Sequence record: MT446407.1
Source of the DNA: Escherichia virus TH34
Strand: one strand, 5' to 3'
Length of the DNA stretch: 64,000 nucleotides
Under the pieces are notes generated by a model that was given only the letters and a program-made list of their open reading frames with translations, did not search any database and was not told the origin of the DNA. Of the stretch, positions 8,329-17,158 are shown one piece after another; positions within the stretch are counted from its first letter, which is position 1, and every line of letters starts with the position of its first letter. A program made the translations under genes and the position numbers.

Positions 8329-8633
8329 CAATTTCATCTTCAACTCGCTGCAACCCTAATGTAGATATCCGTGCTCAAATGTCTAAGATGCCCGGTGTGA
8401 CTCATTTAGAGTTCACCTACAGTCACTCGCGGTATGAACCGGGCTTTACTGTGGTAATAAAATCCCCGTGGTTAACAATGACATTACTGTCGGATGAAGT
8501 TGAGAAGGCAGTGAATGGTATTAAATCAGGCGGGCTTAAACTTTTATCCACTGAACTGGCTGATGAGTTCATGCCTCTTATCCGTAAAGGTGTGGCTAAA
8601 ATGAATAAAATGATGGAGGCTGCAAAGCAATGA
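8325..8633 (+). CDS. hypothetical protein (102 aa)
   Basis: ATGA-coupled ORF. Confidence 0.5.
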   Translation: MTISSSTRCNPNVDIRAQMSKMPGVTHLEFTYSHSRYEPGFTVVIKSPWLTMTLLSDEVEKAVNGIKSGGLKLLSTELADEFMPLIRKGVAKMNKMMEAAKQ

Positions 8634-8884
8634 CAAACTTCCGAGCAGCAGTTATTACGAAAGTAATAGCAGTTGGTGACGTAATGATGCAGGTTCCTCT
8701 AAACACTCGTTACATTGCCATTGACCAAACAGGTTATGTGTGGGCGTGGAAGTGGAAGCCTACTTATAATGAGCTGTTCGACGAATACCAGTGCGCTGGA
8801 CCTTACATGCCAACCTTAATTGGTGTGTATGAAGGCAGCTCTTGTCATACTCCTCAGTTAATTGAACTACCGGCGTGTGCTTAA
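8630..8884 (+). CDS. hypothetical protein (84 aa)
   Basis: ATGA-coupled ORF. Confidence 0.5.
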   Translation: MTNFRAAVITKVIAVGDVMMQVPLNTRYIAIDQTGYVWAWKWKPTYNELFDEYQCAGPYMPTLIGVYEGSSCHTPQLIELPACA

Positions 8885-8885
8885 T

Positions 8886-9047
8886 ATGATTAAGTGGCTA
8901 AAGCGCGTCTTCCATTGTCATGATTGGAAGATTATTAACACCCGTCCTCTGGTCTATACAGATTCAGATGGGAACAATGACAAGGGCACACGTTACGTTA
9001 TTCAGTGTAAGGTGTGTGGTGATGTTAGTCATCGTGATATAATCTAA
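8886..9047 (+). CDS. small HxW...CKVCG protein, paralog 1 of 3
   Basis: ATG 8886 follows upstream TAA; MIKWLKRVFHCHDW...CKVCG. Confidence 0.45.
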   Translation: MIKWLKRVFHCHDWKIINTRPLVYTDSDGNNDKGTRYVIQCKVCGDVSHRDII

Positions 9048-9056
9048 GGAATCATT

Positions 9057-9221
9057 ATGATCAAATGGTTCAAACGCTTCTTTCATTTCCATGAGTGGGA
9101 AGATCTTCATACTTATGAACTGACGATCACGAATAGACTTACTGACAGAGAGCGACAAGGTTTGCGTATCTACTCTCGATGTAAAGTGTGTGGTCTGCAC
9201 AAGAAAACAGATCTGATCTAA
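9057..9221 (+). CDS. small HxW...CKVCG protein, paralog 2 of 3
   Basis: ATG 9057 with AAGGA upstream; MIKWFKRFFHFHEW...CKVCG; below track cut-off. Confidence 0.45.
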   Translation: MIKWFKRFFHFHEWEDLHTYELTITNRLTDRERQGLRIYSRCKVCGLHKKTDLI

Positions 9222-9229
9222 GGGGTGTT

Positions 9230-9439
9230 ATGTTCTTTCGTAAGAAAAAGCCCGAAGATTCTGGATGTAAACACGAGTGGGTGATCACTGAAAACCTACA
9301 CATCACTCACGCTAAAGACACTCCAGTCGAAGCGAAAGAGTCTCGTGTGTCTCGTGTTTGTAAACTCTGTTTGAAAATAGAGCAGCACAAAGTTCCCGGT
9401 CATATCGGTCACGATGTGGCCTTGCGTATCTTCAGTTAA
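9230..9439 (+). CDS. small HxW...CKLC protein, paralog 3 of 3
   Basis: ATG 9230 with AAGGGG upstream; CKHEW...CKLC. Confidence 0.45.
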   Translation: MFFRKKKPEDSGCKHEWVITENLHITHAKDTPVEAKESRVSRVCKLCLKIEQHKVPGHIGHDVALRIFS

Positions 9440-9448
9440 ACAAACTCA

Positions 9449-9524
9449 GCACCCTTAGCTCAATGGATAGAGCAGCGACCTTCTAAGTCGTTGGTTACAG
9501 GTTCGAGTCCTGTAGGGTGCACCA
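9449..9524 (+). tRNA. tRNA-Arg: tRNA-Arg (anticodon UCU)
   Basis: Cloverleaf by eye: acceptor GCACCCT/AGGGTGC, D-arm GCTC-AATGGATA-GAGC, anticodon loop CUUCUAA, T-arm CAGG-TTCGAGT-CCTG, encoded CCA. Confidence 0.8.
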
Positions 9525-9542
9525 ATCAATATAGGAGGGCAT

Positions 9543-9869
9543 ATGAGCTGGGGTGGTGTAATTACCTTAACCTGTATCTTTATCGCCTGTGTAGCTCTTA
9601 CAGGCTGCGTACAGCATCGTCCTGATGGGTGGTGTGCATTATCTGTAGAAGGTGTCTGTGTTTCCCGTTGGCACAGCGGAGAGAAGATTCCTAGTGGAGA
9701 AATTGATATGCGTTATGCTGGTGCTTCTTGTTCCAATGGCGGTGCTGTTGACGAGAAGGCTTATGCAGGTCGTGACATGGCTACCCAAGGTGATTGGTCA
9801 CGTTACGACTTCATCTCCCGTGGTGAGATGTGTGGTGGCTCTGTGACAACAACTGGTAAGGAGTGGTGA
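9543..9869 (+). CDS. predicted lipoprotein (108 aa)
   Basis: Strong RBS AGGAGGG; signal peptide ending in lipobox LTGC. Confidence 0.55.
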   Translation: MSWGGVITLTCIFIACVALTGCVQHRPDGWCALSVEGVCVSRWHSGEKIPSGEIDMRYAGASCSNGGAVDEKAYAGRDMATQGDWSRYDFISRGEMCGGSVTTTGKEW

Positions 9870-9870
9870 T

Positions 9871-10125
9871 ATGTCCGGTCATTATTCTGATACGAAAGCT
9901 CTACTTGAAACAGCGGCTCAAACTTCATGCCAACAGCAAGTAAAGATGTTGTTGGTTGATATTCGTAATCTTCGCTGGCTTATCAAAGAAGGTCATATCG
10001 GAAACGCTGCCTATTACAACGTTAAAGATATCCTTCGCCGCCAGCACTTCCTTATCCACGGAAACGTGGTAACTCGCAACTATCAATGGAACGGTCAATG
10101 GTTACAGCAGCGTATGTCCTCCTGA
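9871..10125 (+). CDS. hypothetical protein (84 aa)
   Basis: ATG 9871 with TAAGGAG upstream. Confidence 0.45.
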   Translation: MSGHYSDTKALLETAAQTSCQQQVKMLLVDIRNLRWLIKEGHIGNAAYYNVKDILRRQHFLIHGNVVTRNYQWNGQWLQQRMSS

Positions 10126-10352
10126 TTTATGTTATTGGTTGGTGGTTGGCAGCCATTGTAGTTAAATGGTGCTTCAAAACCAATACTCTCTACAACTTCT
10201 TCCATTCCTCATGGAGTGGTAAGCCTGATGAATACTCTATTTGGACGGTGATATTCTTCTGGCCTTTTATGCTGATCTTTATCCTCTTCTTACCTTTACT
10301 TATGTTGATAGGCTGGGTAATGGATAAGGTGACAGTCTTTATTACTAAGTAA
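10086..10352 (+). CDS. small integral membrane protein
   Basis: Two or three hydrophobic helices; start 10086 or 10098. Confidence 0.45.
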   Translation: MERSMVTAAYVLLIYVIGWWLAAIVVKWCFKTNTLYNFFHSSWSGKPDEYSIWTVIFFWPFMLIFILFLPLLMLIGWVMDKVTVFITK

Positions 10353-10631
10353 TATCGTGAAGGATTCTTACGAGAGTCCTTTGAGATAGGACTTCAGATC
10401 TCCTATCAACTAACCGCTCAATGTTGAGCATTTTAATCACACAAGCCCCTCATGGGCTGGGTTTAATGCCGGTAAGCGTTTTACGCTATCCACTACAGCA
10501 TCGGATTGTTAGGTCTTACATGCAATATTAATTAATAGGATATGGGAGGATTCGTCCCCTCCCCCTATTTATGAAAGCATTCTTCCGAGAGTTCTCTCAT
10601 AAATTGGTCCATAACTAAAGGTGATGAAGTT

Positions 10632-10862
10632 ATGCCGGTAACAATCTGGGAAACAAAGCGACACCTTAAAGCTATTCAGATGGAACGCAAAAACGAACTG
10701 AGAATGATTTATGAAAAGTTAACCTACTCGGTTCTCTACCATCGTCGTCTGGTTAGAATTATAAAACCTAGTGCATTCGGTACTGCTCACTGGTATAAAG
10801 TTACCAATGCGTATCGAGATGCAGTTAATGCTCTTGAAGAGTTCGTAAACTCTCACAAATAA
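10632..10862 (+). CDS. hypothetical protein (76 aa)
   Basis: ATG 10632 with AAAGGTGA upstream. Confidence 0.45.
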   Translation: MPVTIWETKRHLKAIQMERKNELRMIYEKLTYSVLYHRRLVRIIKPSAFGTAHWYKVTNAYRDAVNALEEFVNSHK

Positions 10863-10872
10863 AGGTGATGAA

Positions 10873-11127
10873 ATGAAAGTTAACATGCCAGCAGGTAAAA
10901 ATTCAATACCCCTCAGTGCTTTGCGACTTGGGGATTGCTTCATGTACCCTAACAGTGAAGATGGTGATTTGTACATCTTACTGTCTACCGAGTTCTCAAC
11001 TCGACTCTGCATCAAGGGCGCGGATGAGCACAGACTTGTAGCCTGTCTTAACACGGGCAGAGCGACAGCACCTCGTAAAGATGTTGCTGTTATTCCTATT
11101 AAAGCTGAAGCAACTATTAAGGAATGA
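10873..11127 (+). CDS. small protein, GD(V/I)F paralog family (divergent)
   Basis: Motif LRLGDCFMY; AAAGGTGA upstream. Confidence 0.5.
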   Translation: MKVNMPAGKNSIPLSALRLGDCFMYPNSEDGDLYILLSTEFSTRLCIKGADEHRLVACLNTGRATAPRKDVAVIPIKAEATIKE

Positions 11128-11130
11128 GCA

Positions 11131-11397
11131 ATGACAATCCTTACTATCAATAAGACCCATGTTGCAGACATTCCTGTGACTGTGAAGGATGTTCCTGAGG
11201 GTTCATTCTTTACCTTAAATGAAGACGATGTACAGATTGTATATCTTAAGGTAAATAAATCTTCTAACAACGCTGAATACAACCGAGCGGTAGTTGTTAG
11301 CTCCGGATATGTCCGTCAACTGGCGCACAACCTTCGTGTACGTGTTCTCTACACATCAGCAACTCTGGATTTAGTGGAGAAGATCAGTGAAACATAA
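11131..11397 (+). CDS. small protein, possible GD(V/I)F family member
   Basis: Motif VPEGSFFTL; AAGGA upstream. Confidence 0.45.
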   Translation: MTILTINKTHVADIPVTVKDVPEGSFFTLNEDDVQIVYLKVNKSSNNAEYNRAVVVSSGYVRQLAHNLRVRVLYTSATLDLVEKISET

Positions 11398-11659
11398 GGA
11401 TGGTTCAAAGTATGTATCACTATTGGATGCAGCCCTTCTCTGCACGTACTGGCTCCTTATTGTTATTGGGGTCGTGCTAGGGCTATGTGGTATCGTACAA
11501 TTCTTTATGTACCTGCAAAGCGTGTTAGATATCACACTAGCTAACACTATAATCCTTGCAATTCTCGGTATTATTGCTTTCTGTGTGATTGTCTTCTTCG
11601 TTTGGTTATCTATGAACGACGACTCTACACACCTTCTATTGACAGGAGAAAATCAGTGA
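11387..11659 (+). CDS. small integral membrane protein
   Basis: GTG start with GGAG upstream; two hydrophobic helices. Confidence 0.45.
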   Translation: MKHKDGSKYVSLLDAALLCTYWLLIVIGVVLGLCGIVQFFMYLQSVLDITLANTIILAILGIIAFCVIVFFVWLSMNDDSTHLLLTGENQ

Positions 11660-11772
11660 GAAAACGTGCCTACTCTGAAGAAGAGATGGTTAGCCTGAAA
11701 GGCTTTGGTCAGCGACAGCCTGATGGCTCAGTTATCTGGTACATTAACGGACAGAAAAAGGCAAGTAAATAA
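11656..11772 (+). CDS. hypothetical small protein (38 aa)
   Basis: GTG 11656 overlapping upstream TGA, AGGAG 7 nt upstream; ends directly at repeat copy 2. Confidence 0.3.
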   Translation: MRKRAYSEEEMVSLKGFGQRQPDGSVIWYINGQKKASK

Positions 11773-11828
11773 GCCCTCTTCTCTCCTCCCTTTAGCTACT
11801 ATGACGCCTCTCTTTTCGGCGCTGTTTT
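11773..11828 (+). repeat. conserved post-stop element, copy 2 (GCCCTCTTCTCT...CTACTATGACGC + weak terminator)
   Basis: Same blocks as 4671-4728; GC stem 11805-11808/11818-11821 then CTGTTTT. Confidence 0.4.
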
Positions 11829-11840
11829 GGAGCTTCAAAA

Positions 11841-12254
11841 ATGTCTGGGAAATTCCCCAACGTAAGCAAGAAATTGGCTTACCTCACGTATAAAGAAAAC
11901 ATTGATCTTCTGGTCAAACTTTATCCGGCTTCATTCAACAAGCAATTCCCTCTTCCTTTGGAGCTTAACATCCATAAGGAAATCGCCCGCAAGACCGGTT
12001 GGTCAGCGGAGAAAACAAGCATGGTGCTCAACATCTGGACTACTCGTATGGAGTATGTGATGATGGCATGTAGCACTGGTAAGCGCTTCAAGCTGCACTC
12101 TGTAGCTATGAAGATTCGTAGTCCTATTGACCCTGAGCCGATGGCTGGGTTCAGCAGTCGTCTGAAAGCTTTCCGTGATAAACGTCGTGTGGTGAAGTTC
12201 AAGCACGATTTCTCGTACAAGTTTGGATACGAAGCGTTCCAATTCGTTGTTTAA
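11841..12254 (+). CDS. ProQ/FinO-like RNA-binding protein candidate
   Basis: LVKLYPASF..FPLPLELNIHKEIARKTGWSAEKTSMVLNIWTTRMEY aligns by eye to the ProQ/FinO N-terminal domain. Confidence 0.4.
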   Translation: MSGKFPNVSKKLAYLTYKENIDLLVKLYPASFNKQFPLPLELNIHKEIARKTGWSAEKTSMVLNIWTTRMEYVMMACSTGKRFKLHSVAMKIRSPIDPEPMAGFSSRLKAFRDKRRVVKFKHDFSYKFGYEAFQFVV

Positions 12255-12282
12255 TCTCTCTTTAATTTAAGGTAATAAAAAC

Positions 12283-12516
12283 ATGTCTAAAGTTAGCGCA
12301 ATTGATGCCATCCGTCAGCCGTTCCAGTTTGAATCCAAGTCAACTCAGACCCAAAGTGAACCGCGTCAGATTCGTCTGGGTGGTACAGAGAAGTCTGTGT
12401 TTGATATTGCGAAAAACAAAAGCGTGACCATCGTCGAAGGCGGTGAGCTGGTTAATGTTTCCCACCGTATCCGCACTGGCAAAACTGCCAAAGATCGTGC
12501 TAAGAAAGGTCTGTAA
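12283..12516 (+). CDS. hypothetical protein (77 aa)
   Basis: ATG-initiated ORF in compact array. Confidence 0.45.
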   Translation: MSKVSAIDAIRQPFQFESKSTQTQSEPRQIRLGGTEKSVFDIAKNKSVTIVEGGELVNVSHRIRTGKTAKDRAKKGL

Positions 12517-12767
12517 TGCAAATTGCTAATAAAACCCCTCCTGAATCAATTACCCAAGTAAAGGATATGTCACCGGGAGATGTATTTCGTGCAACGGAAT
12601 ATCCGGGGGAGTTCTTTATTCGAATCCCCTCAGCTTCTGTTGGTGGCATTGCTAAACCTGTAACAGCAGTTCAGCTAAGTACAGGACATCTCTTCCGTTT
12701 AGAGATTGACATGGTTGTAATCCCTGTTCCAACAGCAATCCTTCGCTTTGACGGAGCCACAGAGTAA
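12516..12767 (+). CDS. small protein, GD(V/I)F paralog family
   Basis: Motif MSPGDVFRATEYPGEFF. Confidence 0.5.
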   Translation: MQIANKTPPESITQVKDMSPGDVFRATEYPGEFFIRIPSASVGGIAKPVTAVQLSTGHLFRLEIDMVVIPVPTAILRFDGATE

Positions 12768-12770
12768 CAT

Positions 12771-12900
12771 TTATAGCCCTTGTGAGTATCAGAGGGCTAT
12801 GTGAGCTATTCTGGCTCAACTAACCTAAACTTAATTTAATCTTACCCGTATGGGGCCGATGCTAGGGAGAGGAATAGTCCTCGAACATCCGTCGGATAGA
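12771..12900 (+). repeat. conserved intergenic element, copy B
   Basis: See copy A (6924-7040); also follows the stop of a GD(V/I)F family gene. Confidence 0.4.
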
Positions 12901-12963
12901 ATATTTTAAGAGCAGGTTATCCACAGATATTGGGTGATATCTATTTAATTGGCCTTAAAGCTT

Positions 12964-12988
12964 GGCTCTCTTAGGAGAGTCCTTTTTT
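12964..12988 (+). terminator. rho-independent terminator
   Basis: Stem GGCTCTC / GAGAGTCC then T6. Confidence 0.5.
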
Positions 12989-13008
12989 AAGTTCAAAGAA
13001 GAGGTTGT

Positions 13009-13176
13009 ATGGATAATAAGTTGAAAGTTAAGTTCTTATTGGCAGCAATCTTTATTTGCTTAGCCACCGTGGGGTTTGTCAGAACCTATTCTTTTGCATC
13101 TTGTGAGTTAAGCAAGAACAACAGAGGGGCTTACAACTGGCTGACCAATCAATGTGATAAACAGGAGAAGTTATGA
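13009..13176 (+). CDS. small secreted/membrane protein (55 aa)
   Basis: ATG 13009 with AGAAGAGG upstream; N-terminal hydrophobic segment; ATGA-coupled to next gene. Confidence 0.3.
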   Translation: MDNKLKVKFLLAAIFICLATVGFVRTYSFASCELSKNNRGAYNWLTNQCDKQEKL

Positions 13177-13535
13177 ACCTACGCCCCATCAAAGGCCATG
13201 TGAACCTGTCTACGCTGCATAAAGTAGCAAATGATTTGGGTGGCATGGACGAGAATGATTTGGAGCAGAATTTGCTCTGGATTGCTAATGGTATCAAGGC
13301 GGCAAAGGCCAAAATGGCTCGTGCACAAAGCAAACTAAAGGCGAATAAATATCTTATTCGTCGTCGTAATACCTTACCTCAGGATGTGGTGAGTTTGGCT
13401 GTGGCAGGATACAATGCAGCAGAGGTAGAACTTCAGGAAGCAGAATTTGAAAAGATGCGCTTCCAAGAGAACTATCGAAACTTCCGTAGCATTGCCTACA
13501 TTCGTAAATCTCTGAGCCTTTTGGTAGCAGAGTAA
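13173..13535 (+). CDS. hypothetical protein (120 aa)
   Basis: ATG 13173 with ACAGGAGAAG upstream. Confidence 0.5.
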   Translation: MNLRPIKGHVNLSTLHKVANDLGGMDENDLEQNLLWIANGIKAAKAKMARAQSKLKANKYLIRRRNTLPQDVVSLAVAGYNAAEVELQEAEFEKMRFQENYRNFRSIAYIRKSLSLLVAE

Positions 13536-13546
13536 AGAGGTAAAAG

Positions 13547-14764
13547 ATGTTCCCTGTAACACTTCAAAGCTGGAAAGAATCAGAAGACGTTGTAACCGTC
13601 TGGCCCCCTTGTTATGGTTTCCTGAAAGCAGGTTACTATCAGGGTGGTGATTATGACGAAGATGAAGATGGTGATCCTGATTACTATAATACATACGATA
13701 GTAATTTCGGCTGGAATATCCGCATCAAGGTGTGGAGTGGAAATATGATGGTTCGTCAAGGCACTGCTGAAGAGAACGTTCTTGAGAATATGTTGCCTAT
13801 GTCTGAAATCAAGTATATCTGGAACTCCGGAACACATCTTCCAGCTCACGGTGTAAGACGTTATGGTGATACTGAATATATCGCTACTCAGTATTTCCGT
13901 GAAGGGTTAGAAAATGAAGACCCTCGTCCTCCTTCTCATGTGGAAACATGGGCAGAAGAAAACAACCGTCCTGATATCACTGATCGTGTTGTTATGGAAA
14001 CCTTTGCAGCATTCATGGATAAAGACCTTGACTCATGTCTGGTATGGCATGAAGTAGGGTTCATGGGTGTTTGTACTGATGGCTGTCCCGCTGATCGTGC
14101 TCTGTTCTATCTGATGTTGAATCGCACATTCTATACAGATGATGAAAAATCTGCTGTGTATGAAATGTTGAACAAGATGTATAAGAAGGGCTGGTCTCCT
14201 TTAGCCTCTCTTGCATTCAGCCGACTGATCAACTCTTCAGTGGATGTGTTCGGTAACGAACGTGTTGCTTTAACAGGGAATGATTACGATTCCTGTATCT
14301 TCCAAGCATCTCTGTATACAGTGGGTGTTGGTAGTACGATGATTGAGCCTCGCCAGACCAAATGGCGACAGTGTGAATACACTGAAGGTGAAGGTCATCT
14401 TCGTGATGAAGACTTCTCCAGTCTGATCTATCGCGGTGAAGGTGTTCGTGATTGTCGAGTGAACAACTCGATGTTCTTGCCAATCCTTTTGCCTCAATAT
14501 TGCCATCTGTCGGAAGATACCCGCCCAATCATCACAGAAAAGTCACTCTTGGTTGAATTTATCCGAGAGGTGGCTGAATCTGAAACATCTTTTGCTAAAA
14601 TTGTGTTCGGTTATAACTGGAACAATGAAACAGCTTCAGCTCGAAGCTACAACATGTATAACATTATCAGTAGTATGTCCAATGGACTGACAGGTAGTAA
14701 TTATACAGTACGTCCCTCAGAAGAGTGGGAAAACATTTTGGAAAAATTATTCTTCAATAAATAG
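13547..14764 (+). CDS. hypothetical acidic protein (405 aa), first gene of amide-ligase cluster
   Basis: ATG 13547 with AAGAGG upstream; Asp/Glu-rich N-terminus; no motif recognised. Confidence 0.6.
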   Translation: MFPVTLQSWKESEDVVTVWPPCYGFLKAGYYQGGDYDEDEDGDPDYYNTYDSNFGWNIRIKVWSGNMMVRQGTAEENVLENMLPMSEIKYIWNSGTHLPAHGVRRYGDTEYIATQYFREGLENEDPRPPSHVETWAEENNRPDITDRVVMETFAAFMDKDLDSCLVWHEVGFMGVCTDGCPADRALFYLMLNRTFYTDDEKSAVYEMLNKMYKKGWSPLASLAFSRLINSSVDVFGNERVALTGNDYDSCIFQASLYTVGVGSTMIEPRQTKWRQCEYTEGEGHLRDEDFSSLIYRGEGVRDCRVNNSMFLPILLPQYCHLSEDTRPIITEKSLLVEFIREVAESETSFAKIVFGYNWNNETASARSYNMYNIISSMSNGLTGSNYTVRPSEEWENILEKLFFNK

Positions 14765-14772
14765 AGGCGAAT

Positions 14773-15723
14773 ATGTCAATCTCCGCATCGACTGCTCCGG
14801 TAACACCAGCAGAGAACTTTGGTGAGTCAGTGTTCAGAGGGCGAGCTTGTTTTGGTACTTTCAACTGTCAGCATATGTATTCTGTTACAGACATTAATGG
14901 CGACAGTATCAATCTCTCAAGCCTTCGTGATAGAACTTCAGAAATTGGAGTTATTAACTTCTGGCCTCACAATTTTTATGGCGTACCAGCTAAAGATATC
15001 GAAAGAGCTTTAGTTGAAGCAACAGACATTTTTAACTCAATGTCTTGCTATAAAAACATGTTCTCTGTCACTTCGGTGAACTCAGTTGCCGTGAACCTTC
15101 GAGACCACCCAGCAGACAAGGTGTTTACTGGATTAATGACCCTCCGGAGTTATCTGGATGGGGATTTTATGGGAATGGAGTTCCTTCAGGAAGGCGTTCA
15201 AGACAAGGAAGAGTTGCTCAAGCGACAACGAATCGGCTTAGCTTTACGCTTGGCTGGTTTAAGTCGTAACTTCTTTGGTCGTTGGGATTATTCACATGAT
15301 GTGGATACTGATGATGAATCAGCAGCGACCTATTTTACCGGTGAAATGAGTGCAATCGCATTCTTGCCACTGGTCTGTTCAACTGATGAATTTTCTGAAA
15401 ACGTATGGGTTCAGAATGTATTTGGTGTTGACGATAACAGAGATGGTTATGTACGAAACCATAATGACGGAGTTCTCCGCCGTATGGCTCGTCGTCGTGA
15501 CCAAGACCCTGACTATTACGAGAGTATGAGTGAGTGGTTGCGTCTCTGGTCAATGTGTGCAGGCCATAAACGTGAAGTATTAGATCAGCGTATGGACAGA
15601 ATTACTGTTCACAGTTTTATTGAACGCTTGATGCAAGCAGTACCTTCCTCAATGACACCAGAAGAAGCTGGTGCCCGTGTTGTTTCCCTTTTTGATGAAC
15701 TTGTGGAGTATTACAATGACTAA
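14773..15723 (+). CDS. hypothetical protein (316 aa), amide-ligase cluster
   Basis: ATG 14773 with AGAGG upstream; no motif recognised. Confidence 0.6.
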   Translation: MSISASTAPVTPAENFGESVFRGRACFGTFNCQHMYSVTDINGDSINLSSLRDRTSEIGVINFWPHNFYGVPAKDIERALVEATDIFNSMSCYKNMFSVTSVNSVAVNLRDHPADKVFTGLMTLRSYLDGDFMGMEFLQEGVQDKEELLKRQRIGLALRLAGLSRNFFGRWDYSHDVDTDDESAATYFTGEMSAIAFLPLVCSTDEFSENVWVQNVFGVDDNRDGYVRNHNDGVLRRMARRRDQDPDYYESMSEWLRLWSMCAGHKREVLDQRMDRITVHSFIERLMQAVPSSMTPEEAGARVVSLFDELVEYYND

Positions 15724-16522
15724 GCGTGCTTTCCTTATTGGTTCTGACCCTGAAATGTTTGTTCGTACTGCTTCTGGTGTTATCACCTCTGTGGCTGGTA
15801 AGCTGGGCTGTTCTAAAGATAACAAAATCGATCTGGCCCCTGATGTTCGTCTTCAAGAAGACAACGTTCTGGCTGAATTTGATATTAACCCACAGAAAGG
15901 GTTCGAAGCGTTTGATGATAACATCCAGCGTGGTATTGATCTGACCAACAAAGTTCTTAATGAACGTGGTATGGAAGCTGCACTTGGGATTAGTTCTCAT
16001 GTGTACACTTCTGAAGAGCTGCAATCATTCCATCCATCAGCCTTTGTGTTTGGCTGTACTCCTGATTTCAACGCCTTCACTGGTCAGAAAAACCCATCTC
16101 CGGTAGCGACAGACAAAGGTCTGCGTACTGCTGGCGGTCACGTACACCTCGGTGTTGCAGGGTCTTTGGAAGTAACTCGACAGACTCAGATGATGCTGGG
16201 TGTTCTCTGTGATTACTTCCTGTCACTTCCAGCAGTAATTATGGATAAGGACACTCGTCGTAAAGAGCTTTACGGCAAGGCATCTGCTATTCGTTATAAA
16301 GATTATGGTATTGAATACCGTTCTCTGTCGAACTTCTGGATTGGTGAACAGTCCACTCGTAAGTTTGTTTACGATCAAGTTGATAAGGTTATTCAGGGCT
16401 GTGATATGGAAATTCTCATGTCTCTGCACTCCCGTCTGCCTATCGAAAAGCTTCACAACATCATCAATAGCAATGATGTTAAAGAAGCGGATAAGTTCTC
16501 CTCTAAACTCCAGATTATCTAA
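15716..16522 (+). CDS. amidoligase-like (glutamine-synthetase-fold COOH-NH2 ligase) protein
   Basis: ATG 15716 with GGAG upstream; acidic IGSDPEMFV segment and GGHVHLG resemble the phage amidoligase family. Confidence 0.45.
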   Translation: MTKRAFLIGSDPEMFVRTASGVITSVAGKLGCSKDNKIDLAPDVRLQEDNVLAEFDINPQKGFEAFDDNIQRGIDLTNKVLNERGMEAALGISSHVYTSEELQSFHPSAFVFGCTPDFNAFTGQKNPSPVATDKGLRTAGGHVHLGVAGSLEVTRQTQMMLGVLCDYFLSLPAVIMDKDTRRKELYGKASAIRYKDYGIEYRSLSNFWIGEQSTRKFVYDQVDKVIQGCDMEILMSLHSRLPIEKLHNIINSNDVKEADKFSSKLQII

Positions 16523-16531
16523 GGTGTTATC

Positions 16532-17158
16532 GTGAGCCTGTTAAGAGATTTTCAGCATTATTATTGCGGAACATGGATTGCCCAACGTGCAGAACGAGGG
16601 ATTAATTTACCTCTTTATGTACTCAACGTGAACCAAGCAAACCGCTTTGGAGAAGATGACTTCTCTCACGAAGCAGAAATGGCCTTAACTTTTGAAGTTG
16701 AACGCTGGTCTAAGAACGCCGAAGGGCAGTTTGAACGACAGGTTGTTCAGGGCATTCCTGTGTTTGATCAAAGCCTTATTCTGGAATCTCCAGATGTGGG
16801 ATACTTACAACACGGCAACAACATGGTAAGCTGGACTCATATCAACCCTGTTCGTCAGCGAGCTAAGGGTCTGATGGGGAACAAATTACGTGGTGCACCT
16901 CCTTCAATGGGTCGTTCGATTCCGGGAGAGCTGGTGTATAATCTGTTTAATCCTGACTTCGAAGGTCTGGTTACTCGCTTCATCTACATCAACCCTGTCG
17001 ATGGTAAAGTTTATTACAAAGGGGCACTTGTAGGTCAAGTTGATCTTTCTGCTGGTTACGGCGACAATGGTCGTCAATCTTTAAATCTTCTGGAGAAGTT
17101 CAAGCATATTTCTTCAGATCTGTCATCATATAATGTAGAGTTGGTGGAAACGTTATGA
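16532..17158 (+). CDS. hypothetical protein (208 aa), amide-ligase cluster
   Basis: GTG 16532 with AAGGTG upstream. Confidence 0.5.
   Translation: MSLLRDFQHYYCGTWIAQRAERGINLPLYVLNVNQANRFGEDDFSHEAEMALTFEVERWSKNAEGQFERQVVQGIPVFDQSLILESPDVGYLQHGNNMVSWTHINPVRQRAKGLMGNKLRGAPPSMGRSIPGELVYNLFNPDFEGLVTRFIYINPVDGKVYYKGALVGQVDLSAGYGDNGRQSLNLLEKFKHISSDLSSYNVELVETL

Noticed and set aside
11705-11893. 62-codon ORF spanning the repeat element and terminator after 11772
   Set aside because: Runs across a predicted terminator and conserved non-coding element, with no RBS; likely spurious.
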